64,000 nt of DNA, taken from positions 10,602,001 through 10,666,000 of the forward strand of contig NC_087439.1 in the NCBI RefSeq assembly GCF_036321535.1, read 5' to 3'. Below the pieces are notes generated by a model that ran no database searches, had not been told where the DNA came from, and was given only the letters and a program-made list of their open reading frames with translations. Below are positions 10,851-23,234 of the stretch, piece by piece (the first letter of the stretch is position 1; every line of letters begins with the position of its first letter). A program made the position numbers and the translations under genes. The DNA is from Camelus dromedarius. Its lineage: Eukaryota.

Positions 10851-13800
10851 GAAGGGTGCAGGGAGGCTCGGGGCCCTCAGAAGACAGTAAAGACGGTGAT
10901 CTCAGCCGCCACACAAAAACATCAAATATATACGTAAGAAGGGTTAAGGAGAAATGCATCCAGTGGCTTTCTCTGGGTCAATTACTTCTCTTGACTTTGC
11001 TAGTTTAGCAAACTTTTACTTTGAAAGTGAACCCAAGTAACCTGATTCTTGTTTAGTATCTATTTTTGGTGGAAGCACCCCAGGCTCAACCTAACATCCC
11101 GGATCGCCCTGGGTCCCCACGGGGTCTGGTGAGGGGACATGAGTGATTCAGGGCTGCCCACCTGCACACACACCCCAGAGACACAGGGCACCCAGGGCTG
11201 GCAGGAGCCAGTGCCCCCTCCCACAAAGGTGATAGGTCCCAGGAAGGAAGTGAGTCATGTACTCTGGGCACCAAGGCTCAGGGCTGAGGCCAGACGCAGT
11301 ACTTAGGTGGTTTTCTCCCCTGAAGTGGGAGTGAGGGGGTGGAAGCGAACCTCCCGATGGTGCCTGCTTGCCGCTCACCTGGATGACTAACCGGGCTGAA
11401 GCACTTCCAGGCCTCTGGCCAGAACAGGTGGGCGGCAGGAGCTGCCAGGGCCAGACCCCTGACTCATGGGCCAATGGTTCCTCTCTTGAAGCTTCTCTTC
11501 TACCCAGGCCAGCTTGCTCTGCCTGAAGACAGAAATCCCTTCCCACACCACATTCTCAATATAGGGAACACTTCCCCGGCACCCCCGCCCCACCCCCCGG
11601 CAGAGTGTCCCTGGCTCCGGGGACCCCTTCCTCAGGAACCAGGCGCTCTGTGTCCACTGATGGCTGTGCCCTACTGCCACTGCAGGCAGACAGGGGATGG
11701 CACTGCACCAGGGGTCTTGGCCACACATATGGGAACCACAGCAGCAGAAGTCATGATAGGAATTTAGGGTGCATGGCAGAAGAGGGGATCTGACAAGGGG
11801 ACCCTAGGGCATCCCTGAGCTCACTCTACACTGGCAGCTGCCTCTCATGTCCTAATCCCCAGACACAGGAGGCCCAGGCAAGCAGGAGGGCCTCCTAAGG
11901 AAAGTGGTACCATCATACTCACTAGACTCAGGCACAAAAGGCTTGGAGCTGCCTCCTAAGGTCAAGGAGCCAGAAGCTGGGAGTTCAGACATGATTGTGG
12001 TTGACTCTCGAGCCTGGAAGCCCCTCCCCTGCTCCTCCCCTTCCCCCACTCCATCATCCCCATAAACCCATCCCACAGCTGTCTCTTGCATAGTGTGACT
12101 TCCCAAAGGGGCAGAGACATATTCTCCAGGGTCTCCGTAGGGCCATCTGGTGATTCACCCCAACATTCGAGACAGACATCCTGGTAAGCTGTCGAGTCTC
12201 AGGGAATCCAGGGGAAGGGAGATGTGCAGAAAAGTAGTGTGGGTCACAGGCTGTCCCTTACCCAGGCCTGCCCTCACCCAGGCCTGCCCTCAAAGGGATT
12301 CAGTCATCCATTTATTCTCTCCATCAAGCACAATTTCAATGGGAAAGATGGTGGAAAGGAAATCCCAAATGGCAGGCAAGCCCAGGCAAAGGTGTGGAGG
12401 TGGACAGGGCAAGTGAGAAATGTTCCACCTCTTTAAAGGGGACCAGCCTGACCAGAGCAGAGAATTCAGGAGTGGGAACTCAGGGGTGGCCGAGGGGAGG
12501 GAGAGGAAAGCCTTTATCTGTGTACCTGACCTTCTCATTCAACCTGACCCCCACTGGCCTTCAGCGGCCCTGCCCTCCTTGCTGCTTTGGGTGGCGGGAG
12601 TGGTGTTTGTGGAACTTCTGAATATCTTCTCCTGGGCACATAGCAGCGTTTCCCCTGCTCCCCAGAGAGGCAGGCTGCACGATAAGAAATCCAGGAAGTT
12701 CCACTAACTTGGAGTGCTTGGACATCACCGTGGTTTAGGCCAGAATAAACAGGACCTGGCACCGGGCTGCAAGGTCCTATCCCAGGGCAAACACTGCCTT
12801 CTGCCAAATAGGGAGTTGCTTTCGCAAAGGCAGTGTGTGTGCTTGGTGGGCAAGAGAGAGGTTCCACAAAGCTCTTTGACCACCCACCCACCCACCCCAC
12901 CCCAGTTGTGATATCTCTTCTTACCGAGGGGCTGTGAGCAGGGGAAGAAAGGGAGGGGAGATTCTCACGACCATTAGGGAAAGATACAAAAGTTATCGCA
13001 GAAGGAAAAAAAAAAAAAGAATGAGTAATCCCTTGCAGCTCCCAGCATTGCCAACACAGCCTCTCACTTGATCTTAAAGGGCCCCGTGAGGTTGGCAGGA
13101 AGGAAGGGAAAACTGAGGTGCAGGTGCTTAAGGAAGGTACAAGGCAGGGCTTTGGAGTCAGGATTTACCGTACGGTGTGCCCTAGGCAGGTCCACTGTGC
13201 TCTGTAAACCTCCACTTCTTCATATGCAAGACTGGGATTGCCGTCCCCACCCTCGGGGGTCCCAGCCTCCCTTGAGATAAGAGCCTTTTTGAAAGACCTC
13301 AGCCACACCCCCGGCCTGTCGTGGACTCTCAGTAAAGCAGGCTCCTATCTAGGGTCTAGGACACCACACCAGGTAGGGGCCCAGCAGCCCTCCAGCATCC
13401 AATAGATGTGCCAAGCAAACAAAAGATTACCTTCTAGAGCTGCTGTCAGCGTGCGAGAAAACACGTTTGCCTGTGACCACACACTTCCCCGTACAACGTC
13501 CACACGAAGGTGAGCGGCTGGTGTGTGCGGGCCTGGCTCCAGCCACTGCGTCATCCAGCCGAGGCAGCTCCTTTGTAAACTGCAATAAAGTCATTTACTG
13601 CTAATGATGAAATCTATGCCCTACAGTGCTCGTTATTAATAGGAATTAAATGTATTTCAGGCAACCAAATAGTGAGTAATGTGGGCAATAAATACATCAC
13701 GCAAGCTTGACCTGCGGAGGGACTGACGTGATGGAGCATTCTCTGCCTCATGCTGGCCCCTCGAGAAGGAGCCAGGCTCAGCCAATTAGTCACCTCCCGA

Positions 13801-14039
13801 GAAGGCACAGGTTCAGGGATCACCGCCCGGCTCTAAAAGCTGGCACCAGGAAGGAAGCCTCCCATAATGAGCCACCAAAGTGTCCCACAGCTTTTCTGGG
13901 ACTGGTGACTTTTAAAGTCTCTCAGTTCACTCTGCTACACTCTCAACACCAGCTTCCTGGCCTGACTGCCCTGCTCCCCGTTGCCCCAAGCTCGGCAGCC
14001 AGCCTCCACTCCCATCGTGTGCCCTGGGCCGGCCAGACT

Positions 14040-14160
14040 CCAACCCACCCTCCAGGACTTTGTTTGCACTGTTGCCTTTGCCTGGAGTGCCTGTCTGTCC
14101 TCTCAAGGCGACATCTTTACCTTCTCTGTGAAACCAGAGCCTCATCTGAGCTCCCCGGGT
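14040..14160 (+). mobile_element. L2 fragment
   Basis: tttgcactgttgcctttgcctggagtg, typical L2 3' region. Confidence 0.55.
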
Positions 14161-14445
14161 AAGGAGAACCTGGGTTTGTTTCTATAATGAATAATCCTTC
14201 CAAACCTAACAGGTTTGGACAGTCAGCTGGGGGCTCTGCTCAGGGACCCAGGCTGCCAGCAACATCACCCTCCTGTCCTTTGCCCGGCTACGATTTCCAC
14301 ACTGGATGGTGGCAGGGGAAGAGAAAAGCCAGAGGGTCAAACCTCAGGGCAAAGAAAGAGGTATCACCTGCACTCAGGTTGCACGGTCGGAAGTAAAGTC
14401 ACACAGTGCATCTGTCCACAGAGAGACAGGGTCCTCTGCTGTGGC

Positions 14446-14598
14446 TTCTTTTTTCTTTTTTTTCCCTTTTTTTTTTTTTTTTTTTTTTGGTGGAGAGGGG
14501 AAAGTGATTAGGTTTACTTATTTAATTTTTTTTTGAAGGTACTGGGGATTGAACCTAGGACCTCATGCATGCTAAGCATGCGCTCTACCACTTGAGCT
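14446..14598 (-). mobile_element. Vic-1 SINE, 5' end lost in gap
   Basis: Minus strand reads agctcaagtggtagagcgcatgcttagcatgcatgaggtcctaggttcaatcccc; poly-T tail. Confidence 0.9.
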
Positions 14599-14729
14599 NN
14601 NNNNNNNNNNNNNNNNNNNNNNNNNNNNNNNNNNNNNNNNNNNNNNNNNNNNNNNNNNNNNNNNNNNNNNNNNNNNNNNNNNNNNNNNNNNNNNNNNNNN
14701 NNNNNNNNNNNNNNNNNNNNNNNNNNNNN
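14599..14729. other. Assembly gap (N run)
   Basis: Direct sequence. Confidence 1.
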
Positions 14730-14973
14730 GGCACCTATATGCCTTGGTTTGTGGTCCCTTTCTTCTGTCTTCAAAGCCAACAGAATAACCTCTCCTCTCT
14801 GACCTCCTTCCTCCCTCTTATAAGGACCCTTGTGTCTACCAGGATAATCCAGGATGACCTCCCATCTCAACATCATTAACTCAGTCACATCCCTTTGTCA
14901 CGTAAGGTAATATTGACAGATTTGGGGGACTAGGACATGGCTGTCTGTAAGGAGCCATAGTGTTCCAGAAACA
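14730..14973 (-). mobile_element. ERVL-MaLR LTR, MLT1D/C-like 5' part
   Basis: cttataaggaccctt...ggataatccaggatgacctcccatctcaa...ggggactaggacatgg. Confidence 0.75.
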
Positions 14974-15204
14974 AGAGCCAGGACACAGCATTGCCTCAGC
15001 TCTCCTCTCCTGTTGTTGTCCACACAGCCTCTCCGGCCATGGATGAATCCTTTATGGGCAGGCGCTGGCCATGAGCATCTCTGCCCAGCAGGTGCCTGGC
15101 ACATGGCAGGGGCCTGGGAAAGTCTGCAGAAAGGGAGGGAGAAAGGAAAACATGAATGAATTTGGCAAGATTGAGAGGTGTGTGAGAAGAGAAAAAGCGT
15201 GAGA

Positions 15205-15348
15205 GAAAGTGGGCGGATGCTAATGAATCTTGAGGCCATCACCGCAGGCGCAGCCAATCACGGCGGTGATTTCCCTGCTGCGGAGGGTTCAGAGTGAAGC
15301 CTGGGCACTGCACGCCTAGACGTGGAGGGACGGCGAGGCGTGGTGAGT
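15205..15348 (+). promoter_or_regulatory. Putative promoter and short first exon
   Basis: GGGCGG 15211, ATGCTAAT 15217, AGCCAATCAC 15252-15261, CpG patch, GTGAGT donor 15343. Confidence 0.4.
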
Positions 15349-15423
15349 GGGAGAGGTGGAAAGAAAGCACGGGAGAAAGCAGGAGTCCATGCTGACATTT
15401 TACAGACAGCACCTTAAAAAAAA

Positions 15424-15540
15424 TTTGTTTTTTTAGTGGGGAGGTAACTAGGTTTATTTATTTAACGGAGGTACTGGGGACTGAACCCAAGACCTCGTGC
15501 ATGCTAAAAATGCACTCTACCACTGAGCTATACCCTCCCC
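15424..15540 (-). mobile_element. Vic-1 SINE
   Basis: tRNA-Ala-like head on minus strand, GGTAACTAGG tail module, degenerate 14-bp TSD. Confidence 0.9.
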
Positions 15541-16233
15541 ACCACATACAACATCTTTTTAAGTCTCCACCTCAATCTTGCATGCAGCACAATGTTGACC
15601 CAAGGACTGGGACTCAGGAAGAACACGTCCCTGATCCAAGTTCACAGGGCTGGATGGTGGCTGGGCAGGAAGGAATTTACAGCCCTGTTTGGCTGGTTCC
15701 GAAAGCAGCTGCCATCCCAGGATGCTCAGCTGCTGCCAAGCTTTGCCATTCGGGCAGTGGGCTCGACGTCCCCACCTCTTAAGGTCTCAGGTCCTTTATC
15801 TGTAAATGGGGGGCTTGGACTGGGTGATCTCAAGTTCCCCTTCAGCTCCTTGGGTCCTTGGGCTGATCTAGGACATCCAGATGGGCTTCCTGAAGGACTT
15901 GGGGGGGTCTGAACTGACAACAGGCACGCAGTTTCTTTTACATTGCCAAGAGACAGTCCAGGGCAAGGAGGGAGGGAGGGGCCCACGGCAGAGGTGACTC
16001 CATGCCCCAAAAATGAGGATCACAGCAGCCCACAAGATTGTGCAAGCTGCCCGCGAGGCTGCCAGTTGGCCCTGGCCCGGAGGAGGGCTGTTTACACTCC
16101 TGAGTGTGTGCTTGCAGTTAATTCCATCAGCCGAGGGCATAGCCCTTAGGGCTGCCAGGAGCAGCTGTGTGAGAACGTCAAGGCCAGGCCTCACCAGGCC
16201 CTTTATCTCAGACAACAGACACTCGTTAGTGCG

Positions 16234-16370
16234 TTCATTCATTCATTCATTCATTCATTCATATACTTATTCATTTCCTCATTCCTTCCCCGAGTGTTTG
16301 CCAGGCATTGTGCAAGGCACTGGAGGTAAACAAGACAGTGTCCTGATGAGTCTCTGGGACCCGAGAACCT
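16234..16370 (-). mobile_element. L2 3' end with (TTCA)7 tail
   Basis: (TTCA)7 at 16234-16261, then tgtttgccaggcattgtgcaaggcactgg. Confidence 0.75.
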
Positions 16371-17169
16371 CGAAGAACAGTGAGCACTAAATATAGATAA
16401 TGACCCTCCCAGCAGGCTTGGTGCAATGGTAAAAATAAGTGCCTGGAGTTCAGGGGACACAGGGCAGGGGACTCTGGTATCTTCCTATGGAAAATATTTA
16501 ACTGCTAGTTTAGAAAATATCAAAGCAAGATAATAACTCTGTACTCAATTACCTTTAAAAACCCTTTTCCTCACGAATGGAGGTAAGTGAGAATGTTACA
16601 TTCAAAGTTTCCTTTCAATTCCACTAGAGGCCTAGCCAGGAAAATCAATCTCAAGTATTTTCAGAACTCCCTGTCTCCTAGGGCCATGCAAAGGCCCTGA
16701 GGTTTGTACAGACTGCCAGGCACCAGAGAGGGTGCTCCAGAGATACCCACCCTCCCAGAGGGCATGCTTCTTGGTATCCAATAGCTGCTGCTGTGTGCCA
16801 GGCTGGGGGTTCGGGGCACAATGACTCCAGTTTCCCTGGACAGTGAGCTTTGGGAAATCATGCCACGTCCTGGGGTGCTGCAGGGCAGGGGGCCTGGGTC
16901 TCCCCTCTGGGACTTAGGGTCCCTTTCCAGGTACTAAGAATCTTCTTTCTCATAGCTCTCTTTCCAGGAGTGCTTGCAGGTTTTCTTTGTTAATCTTCCT
17001 TTTTCACAAAAGAAAGAAAAAGATGTTACCTTCAAGCAGTTTTGGATGGGTTCTACAAATATATCTGTGACCAGAGAGTTGAAAGGGGTCTAGCTACTAA
17101 TCTGGGATATGGAGAGGGAAAATACAAGGGAGAAAATATAAATTCATACTTCAATAAATGATCTGTCTT

Positions 17170-17490
17170 GCACAAAGTTTTCTGTCTACTTTTATTTATC
17201 ATTTCCTGAGGATATAGTTCTAAAAGTCAAGCTAAAAGACCAGCACATTTTAAAGAGTATTTTTCAAGTTGCTCATCTAAAGGTTTATACCAATTCCCCC
17301 TCCCACCAGCAGCGTGTGAACATTGTCCATTTCACCACACCATCACCAGCATCAAATGTTAATGTGTTTTTTAATCTTTGACAATTTTATAAACAAAAGG
17401 ATTTTATTTTCAATCTTTTTTTTTCATTTTTGTTATTCATATTGCTCACTGATTTTAGAAGTATGATTTTCTTTTCAATGCTCCTTTTAA
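17170..17490 (-). mobile_element. Ancient L1 (L1ME-type) ORF2 3' fragment
   Basis: ccaattcccctcccaccagcagcgtgtg...tttgacaattttata motif. Confidence 0.65.
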
Positions 17491-17814
17491 ATACAAAAAT
17501 TTCTGGGGAAGTGTGGATGGACAGATCCTAGGGGTGACTCATATGTTATTAATATTACTTCTAAAGTGTCCTTTCAGATGTCTTTCCTCACCTGGGGCAC
17601 CTCCCTCACCTTGTCTGACTGGGAAGTTCCAAATGGTGCTTCCAGACCTTATGCACATCTCCCCACCTCCAGAATGCTTCCCTGCCCTTTCCAGGGAGTG
17701 TGGCACCCTCTTCCAGTGGGCTGCCCGAGAGCCTGGTTCATTCATACCTGGGCTGTTACATCCACCACTTCGTGCAACACTGGGGCAGGCCCATGTTTTG
17801 TGCGCCTCACCGAG

Positions 17815-17970
17815 CCTTGGTTTTCTTCGTAGCAGATAGAATCAAGCCTATCCCTTGGGGTTGGAGTGGGCATGAGGCAAGATAAAGTACAGAATGTATC
17901 CAGCAAGCACTTGGCACTTCGTACGTGCTCAGTGAGTTTTAGCTATTATATTGTTATTATTACTATTATT
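17815..17970 (+). mobile_element. MIR 3' half
   Basis: gcacttggcacttcgtacgtgctcagtgagttttagctattatatt terminus. Confidence 0.65.
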
Positions 17971-18199
17971 CTCCTCCCCTCCCTGGAAGGCAAAGGAGTG
18001 GCTTTTATCTCTGCATCTCTGGTTGCTAGCCCAGAATGTCAAAGTAAATCAATCAAACTGCTTATTGAGTAAGCATTTCTCTGCCCTTGGCACCAGCTTC
18101 TCATCTGTAAGGCTGGGAGGCAAGTAGCACTATCTCCTCTGGCAGGCAACCGACTGGCTGACTCGACACCCGTTTCCTTGCCCCACATCCTCCGCCCAC

Positions 18200-18555
18200 C
18201 CTGCCTGCCCCTGCTGGAGTCTGGAGAAGTACATTTCGGGTATTCGCATTCCCAACATCCTTTGCTACCAGGAGTGGCCATGTGACTTACTTCTGGCCAA
18301 TGAGACACCAATATGGGGTTCCTGAGAGAACCTCTACTTTTCTGATGGAGCTGAGGCAGCCATCTTGCCACCAAGAGGCAATACGTAGGCCCACGCTAAG
18401 GATGATGAGCAGAAAGCTGGAAAGAGCCCAGTCCTCATTGGCATCACCAGCAGCAGAGTAAGAACAGCATCCACTCATTTCCAGAATTCTTGTATGTTAG
18501 AAAAATAAACCTCCCATTGAGTTTGCTGAGTGTAGCCAAATATATTTCTGATACG
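18200..18555 (+). mobile_element. ERVL-MaLR LTR (MLT1H/I/J-like)
   Basis: ggccatgtgacttacttctggccaatgag, gcagccatcttg, aataaacc, tgtagccaaa...ctgatac. Confidence 0.7.
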
Positions 18556-19047
18556 TATGTGCTTGCGTTATGATGCTCATCAAATATTACATCTCCTCCT
18601 GGCCTTTCCTCTTCTCTTCCCTTCTTTGCCTTTAAAAGAGAAAGCCAAGGAACCCAGGAAGATATCGCATGTTTGAACCAAGGACCAAATGCTCAAAGAG
18701 CCACTGGACTGCATAACGAAACCTAAGGGGCTCTCACCTTCTCTACCCCAAAGAGGGGCCGGGAGTCACAGATGCTCTGATTGTGGAGACAAGACAAGCA
18801 AGAACCAGAGGTGCAACAAAGGAGAGGGTGGTGGGGAAGACACATGGGCACCAGCCCTGCAGCCAGTGGGGTGCTCAGGGCTCACCACGTGTGAGGACCC
18901 ACCGGGTCCCCAAAGCCCCGGGGAAGAGGGAAGAGGGCTGCTGTCTGTCAGTGACAAGGAAGGTGTGACGGGGCGCCCACATCTTGGACTCATCCAGACT
19001 CCCCAGCTCCTCTCAGGGAACAGAAGACCTGCTCTCTCTCAACCCCC

Positions 19048-19215
19048 AGGAACTAACATTTATTGAGTATCTACTTTGTATCAGGTTCTTTCCATCTTCA
19101 TGAGAGCCCTTTGATATAAAACTTCTCATCCTCATTTATAGAGGAGAGCAAAGGACAGAGAGGCCAAGTAGCTCTCCCAAGGTCACAGGGCTAGGAAGTG
19201 GGGAATCTGGGTTCC
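19048..19215 (-). mobile_element. MIR
   Basis: taacatttattgagtatctac...cccaaggtcacagggctaggaagtgg. Confidence 0.75.
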
Positions 19216-19734
19216 CTCCTAGAGATAACAGCCCGCAATGTAATATGTTGTTGCAGGGCGGTTTTCTGCCATCTCCCACACTGGCCCTGTGCATCCCCAG
19301 TTGAGTGCCTTTGTCCCGGCTCTGTCTGGCCCCTCCTGGGACCCCCTCCCTACTCTGGTTCAGGCTTCCGGACTCAGCCCCCTCGCTCCCTAATCATAAA
19401 TCATGACCCCTGGTTGAGAGCACAGCGTGGTAGTTTGCAACAGCGCTAACAGATGGGTGTCTTCAGCCCTGCCTTCCAGATAAGGAAACCGAGGAGGCTC
19501 GGAGAGGAGCAATCACTGGCCCAACCCTCAGCTAGCAGGGACACAAAGCCGGCTCTGCCTGGGGCAGTGTCCGCAGAGGATCTGGGAGGGGCCACAGGGG
19601 TTGTATGCAGGTGAAGGTCAGGCCTCCAAGAACTCTTGGTCTCTGCCCTTCTCTCCTCCTCCACGCTCGGCCCTGCAAATTGGCTTTGACCTTTCCTGGC
19701 CTGCCTTTGAGCTTCTCCCCATTCAGTCTGAAAC

Positions 19735-19890
19735 CCACAAAGCGAGGAGGAAGGCGGGGAGCGGACAAGGCCCCTCCCGGCCCGGCCGGGCCACGCCCCC
19801 GTGGTGCATGAGGCTCCCGGGTCTGTTTGCACAGTTGGGGCACTAGCTTGCACCCCACCTCTGGGAGAAAGGCCCCGCGAGGTCATCTGT
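19735..19890. promoter_or_regulatory. Small CpG/GC-rich patch with SP/KLF motifs
   Basis: GGCGGGGAG and GGCCACGCCCCC motifs, local CpG excess. Confidence 0.3.
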
Positions 19891-21344
19891 TTACTCTGGG
19901 ATTAGCGGCTCCCAGCAGGAGCTCTTTTCCTCTGAGATGAAAAGAAAACAGACAGTCTGTCAGGTAAACAGGCAACATTGTTCCTGAAGATGTCAGGGCC
20001 CCTTTGTGGGCCCGGCCCCGGGAGGTCACCGGGTCTCTGGTGCGGGCAGAGAGCTTCCTGAAATGGAATGGGGCCGTGGCCGGAGCACAGCGAGGTCGCA
20101 GTTAAAAGTGCGGACAGGAGGCCGGGCTGATCCCTGACGCCCCCGTGCCCTCCTGGCAGTGGGAGCCCTTGCCTCTCTTGATGCGTCCAACAAGCTGGCG
20201 GGGAGCCAGCTCTCACGGATGGGGAGACCGAGGCACAGAAGGGTCGTCCCTCTCCCCGCCGGGATCCCGGGAGGTGGTGGCTGGAAGGAAACGGGGCCCC
20301 TGGCCTAAGCCCTCCTTCTCCAGATGGGGAGTATCAAGATGAGAGAAATGGTGGAGTGTGATTCTAGAGGCTTCGTCAGGTGCCTCTGGTGGGTACTGGG
20401 GGCCACTTGGGAGCCATAACCAGCCCCACCAACAAACTGGTCCATTTTACAGATTCTGAGAATATTTCAGCAGCTGAACAGACAGGGCTGGTCGTGGCTG
20501 TGCCTGGCCCTTCCCACATTTTCGTGTCAAGGTATCATCCTCGGAAGACTGGATGGGGGGGGTGAGGGCCTTACCCACAAGCAAGTGTACGCCTGGGAGT
20601 CAGGACCCCCGAGCTGCGCTCACGCTCCCTGGGCTACAGGTCTCTTGTCCATCAAACACGACATAAGATGCTCTCCACAGCCCTTCCCCTTTGACAGCAG
20701 AGAGGTCTGAGGAGGGCCTGGGCCTCCACTCAGGAGGGGGCTGCCTGAACCCCAACCCACCTCTGACCCCCAAGGGACCTATGAGACAGTGGGAGTGGGT
20801 GCTCTGGGCCCAGTGGCGACGCCTCAGGCAGAGTCCTGTCCTGGGAAGAGAGCTCTGTGGTGAGACCGCAGGCCTGGGGTCATGCTGACCAGGTCCAGTT
20901 CCCAGCCTGTCACTCACCAGATGCCCAACCTCAGGCAAGTGACTCAGCCTCCTGGTCTGTGAAGTGGCTCTGTGAGGCCTCCCCAGCCTGCAGCTCCTGG
21001 ACGCAGGAATCCTGGGTGAGAAGCAGCTGGGGCCATTCTTGTGGCTGCTGCCATCATGAGGTCCTGTCTGCCCTCGGGCCTCCTTTTCCCAGGTGCCTCC
21101 TACCCCAGCCTATCCCAGGAGTAGGCTCATCTTCCTTGCCACCCAAATGCCAGGTCACTGTTCAGCCTGCAGGGGACAGAGCCAGAAAAATAGAAGCATG
21201 TAATTTGCCTACGAAAGTAGAGAAAGGCTAGGTGGAAAAGGCCCAGAGCTCTGGTTCAAAGGGGCAGGGGTCCCCCGCCACAAGGCTGCCTCTCAGATGA
21301 GCCCCAGGACTGCCTGGGTATCAGCCTGGCAGTGACGGATCAGA

Positions 21345-21475
21345 CATGTGTGAGCTGTGGTGGCCCTGGGCAAGTTACTTGCCTTCTCTGAGGCTCATCT
21401 CACCATATAAAGAATGGAGATAAAAGGTAGGTTTTTGTAAAGGTTAAATAGCATGGATATAAAGTGCTTACCAAA
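21345..21475 (+). mobile_element. MIR
   Basis: ccctgggcaagttacttgccttctctgaggctc core. Confidence 0.7.
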
Positions 21476-21604
21476 AACAAAATCGCTTCATAAACATTTG
21501 TGGGATCTGAATCCGCCTCATTGTTTTTATGTCCATTTTTCTTGCTCTTTCTTGTGTCCCAAACTTCCAGGTGGAGGTACCAGTATTACCCATCAGCAAC
21601 ACTA

Positions 21605-21780
21605 ATGAGAATAGTAATAAGAACCGTAACTATTCATTGAGAATTTTACTCAGGGCCAGGCCCTATGCTAATAAATGTTTTATCTCCATTTCAGAGAAGG
21701 AGCACAGAGAGGTTAGAAAGCCTCTCAAAGCCCCCAGCTAGGAAGTAATCGGGTCAGGATTTGAACCCAGGTCAGGACCA
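21605..21780 (-). mobile_element. MIR
   Basis: gcacagagaggttag...caggatttgaacccagg. Confidence 0.7.
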
Positions 21781-21928
21781 GGCTGGTGGCTTCGTGGTGA
21801 TACTCCCCTGACACTTGCTCCCCATCTCTGGGTGCCCGCAGACTCTGCCTTCCTGGGGGTGCCTGCAATGAGAAAAGAGAGCCAGCTTGGGCTCCCAGTG
21901 GCTGCCCTGCTTGCACAAAGATGGGAAG

Positions 21929-22117
21929 AGACTGTATATAAAATAGATAAAATATCGAATTTCTTCTGTAGAGCACAGGGAACTATATTCAATATCTTGT
22001 AATAACCTTTAACAAAAAAGAATATGAAAGTGAGTGTATGTGTAGGTATGACTGAAATATTACGCTGGACACCAGAAATTAACACATTGTAACTGACACA
22101 CTTCAATTAAAAAAAAA
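21929..22117 (+). mobile_element. 5'-truncated camelid/artiodactyl L1 3' end
   Basis: gcacagggaactatattcaatatcttgtaata motif, poly-A, TSD AAAGATGGGAAG (21917-21928/22118-22129). Confidence 0.85.
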
Positions 22118-22774
22118 AAAGATGGGAAGGGAGGGTGAGGCAGTCCCTCCTAGCGTGGAAGTGGGGTGTAGGCAGACGTTGAGGGAGGGCCTGGGCTTCC
22201 TCAAGCCAAAGACGCATTCCCTCAAATGCCCATCAACCCCTCTCCCCTTCCTAGGTTCTGGAAACAGGGTCAAGACCACCTCTCAAGAGCCCCAGTTTTT
22301 AGGGACTCACTGTATTTGGGGCAAGATTCAGAGATACAGGCACCAAAGCAGGAGTTTCCAGTTGTGGTCAAAACACAGCTGGCCTCAGAGATACACCACA
22401 AACTCCACTCATCCCTCACTTTTTTCTTTTTAAGGTTGCCCCGGGTATTAATTTTTAATTGGAGTCAACTGGAATAAGTGTGGTCCAAAGGCCTGTCCAC
22501 GACCCGGTTCCTCCTGGACCGTCCTGCCACATCAGTATCAGCACCCTGTAAAACAGCTAATTCCATCGTCCTGAAATTCCTGTCTTCCAGAAAGTGCTGC
22601 AGTTAACCAGACAATTTCCTGTCTCCCGGTAGCTTCTACCTGTCAGCCAGGTTCTGGCCACCAAGAGCAGAGTATCCTCCATGCACGTGGCAGGCGGGAG
22701 GGCGGGATCCAGTCAGACTGACTGAGGTTTGCGCACCAGCTGCTCCACCCATCAGCTAAGTGACACGGCGCACA

Positions 22775-22930
22775 GGATTTGGCCAGCCTGTGCCTCAGTT
22801 CCCTTCTCTGTAAAGTGGGGCCCCTAAGACTCACTGCAGAGGGTTGTTACAGGGATCAAATGAGATGACACGTGGAAAATTTTTAGCTCAATGCCCAGAA
22901 CCACAGTAATGATTATTTGTTATTATTCTG
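22775..22930 (+). mobile_element. MIR
   Basis: gcctcagttcccttctctgtaaagtgggg...gggttgttacagggatcaaatgag. Confidence 0.7.
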
Positions 22931-23234
22931 GTTATTTCTTCATTCATGTCTGCAGAGCTCCAGTCACACACCCTCCCCTTGCTACTAGCTCATCTTCTTC
23001 AGGCTGAACATATGCAGCCCTTCCTGCAATGACCACCCTGTGCCTGGATCTCAGACTCTCAACATCCTGGCCAGCCTTTCCCCCAAGTCTCTGAATGGGA
23101 AAACTTGGAGGAAAAGGAGCAGGCTGCTCTTGATTTTTAAAGATAAACCTGCAGATATAGAAGGAGCTTGAACACAGCAAAGGATAAAACCAGAACTAAT
23201 TGGTTCCCAGTGTGGGAGGCAGAGTACTTGCAGC

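Noticed and set aside
13604-13726. C/D box snoRNA (ATGATGA ... CTGA)
   Set aside because: No terminal stem, no convincing C'/D' boxes and no recognisable rRNA-antisense element.
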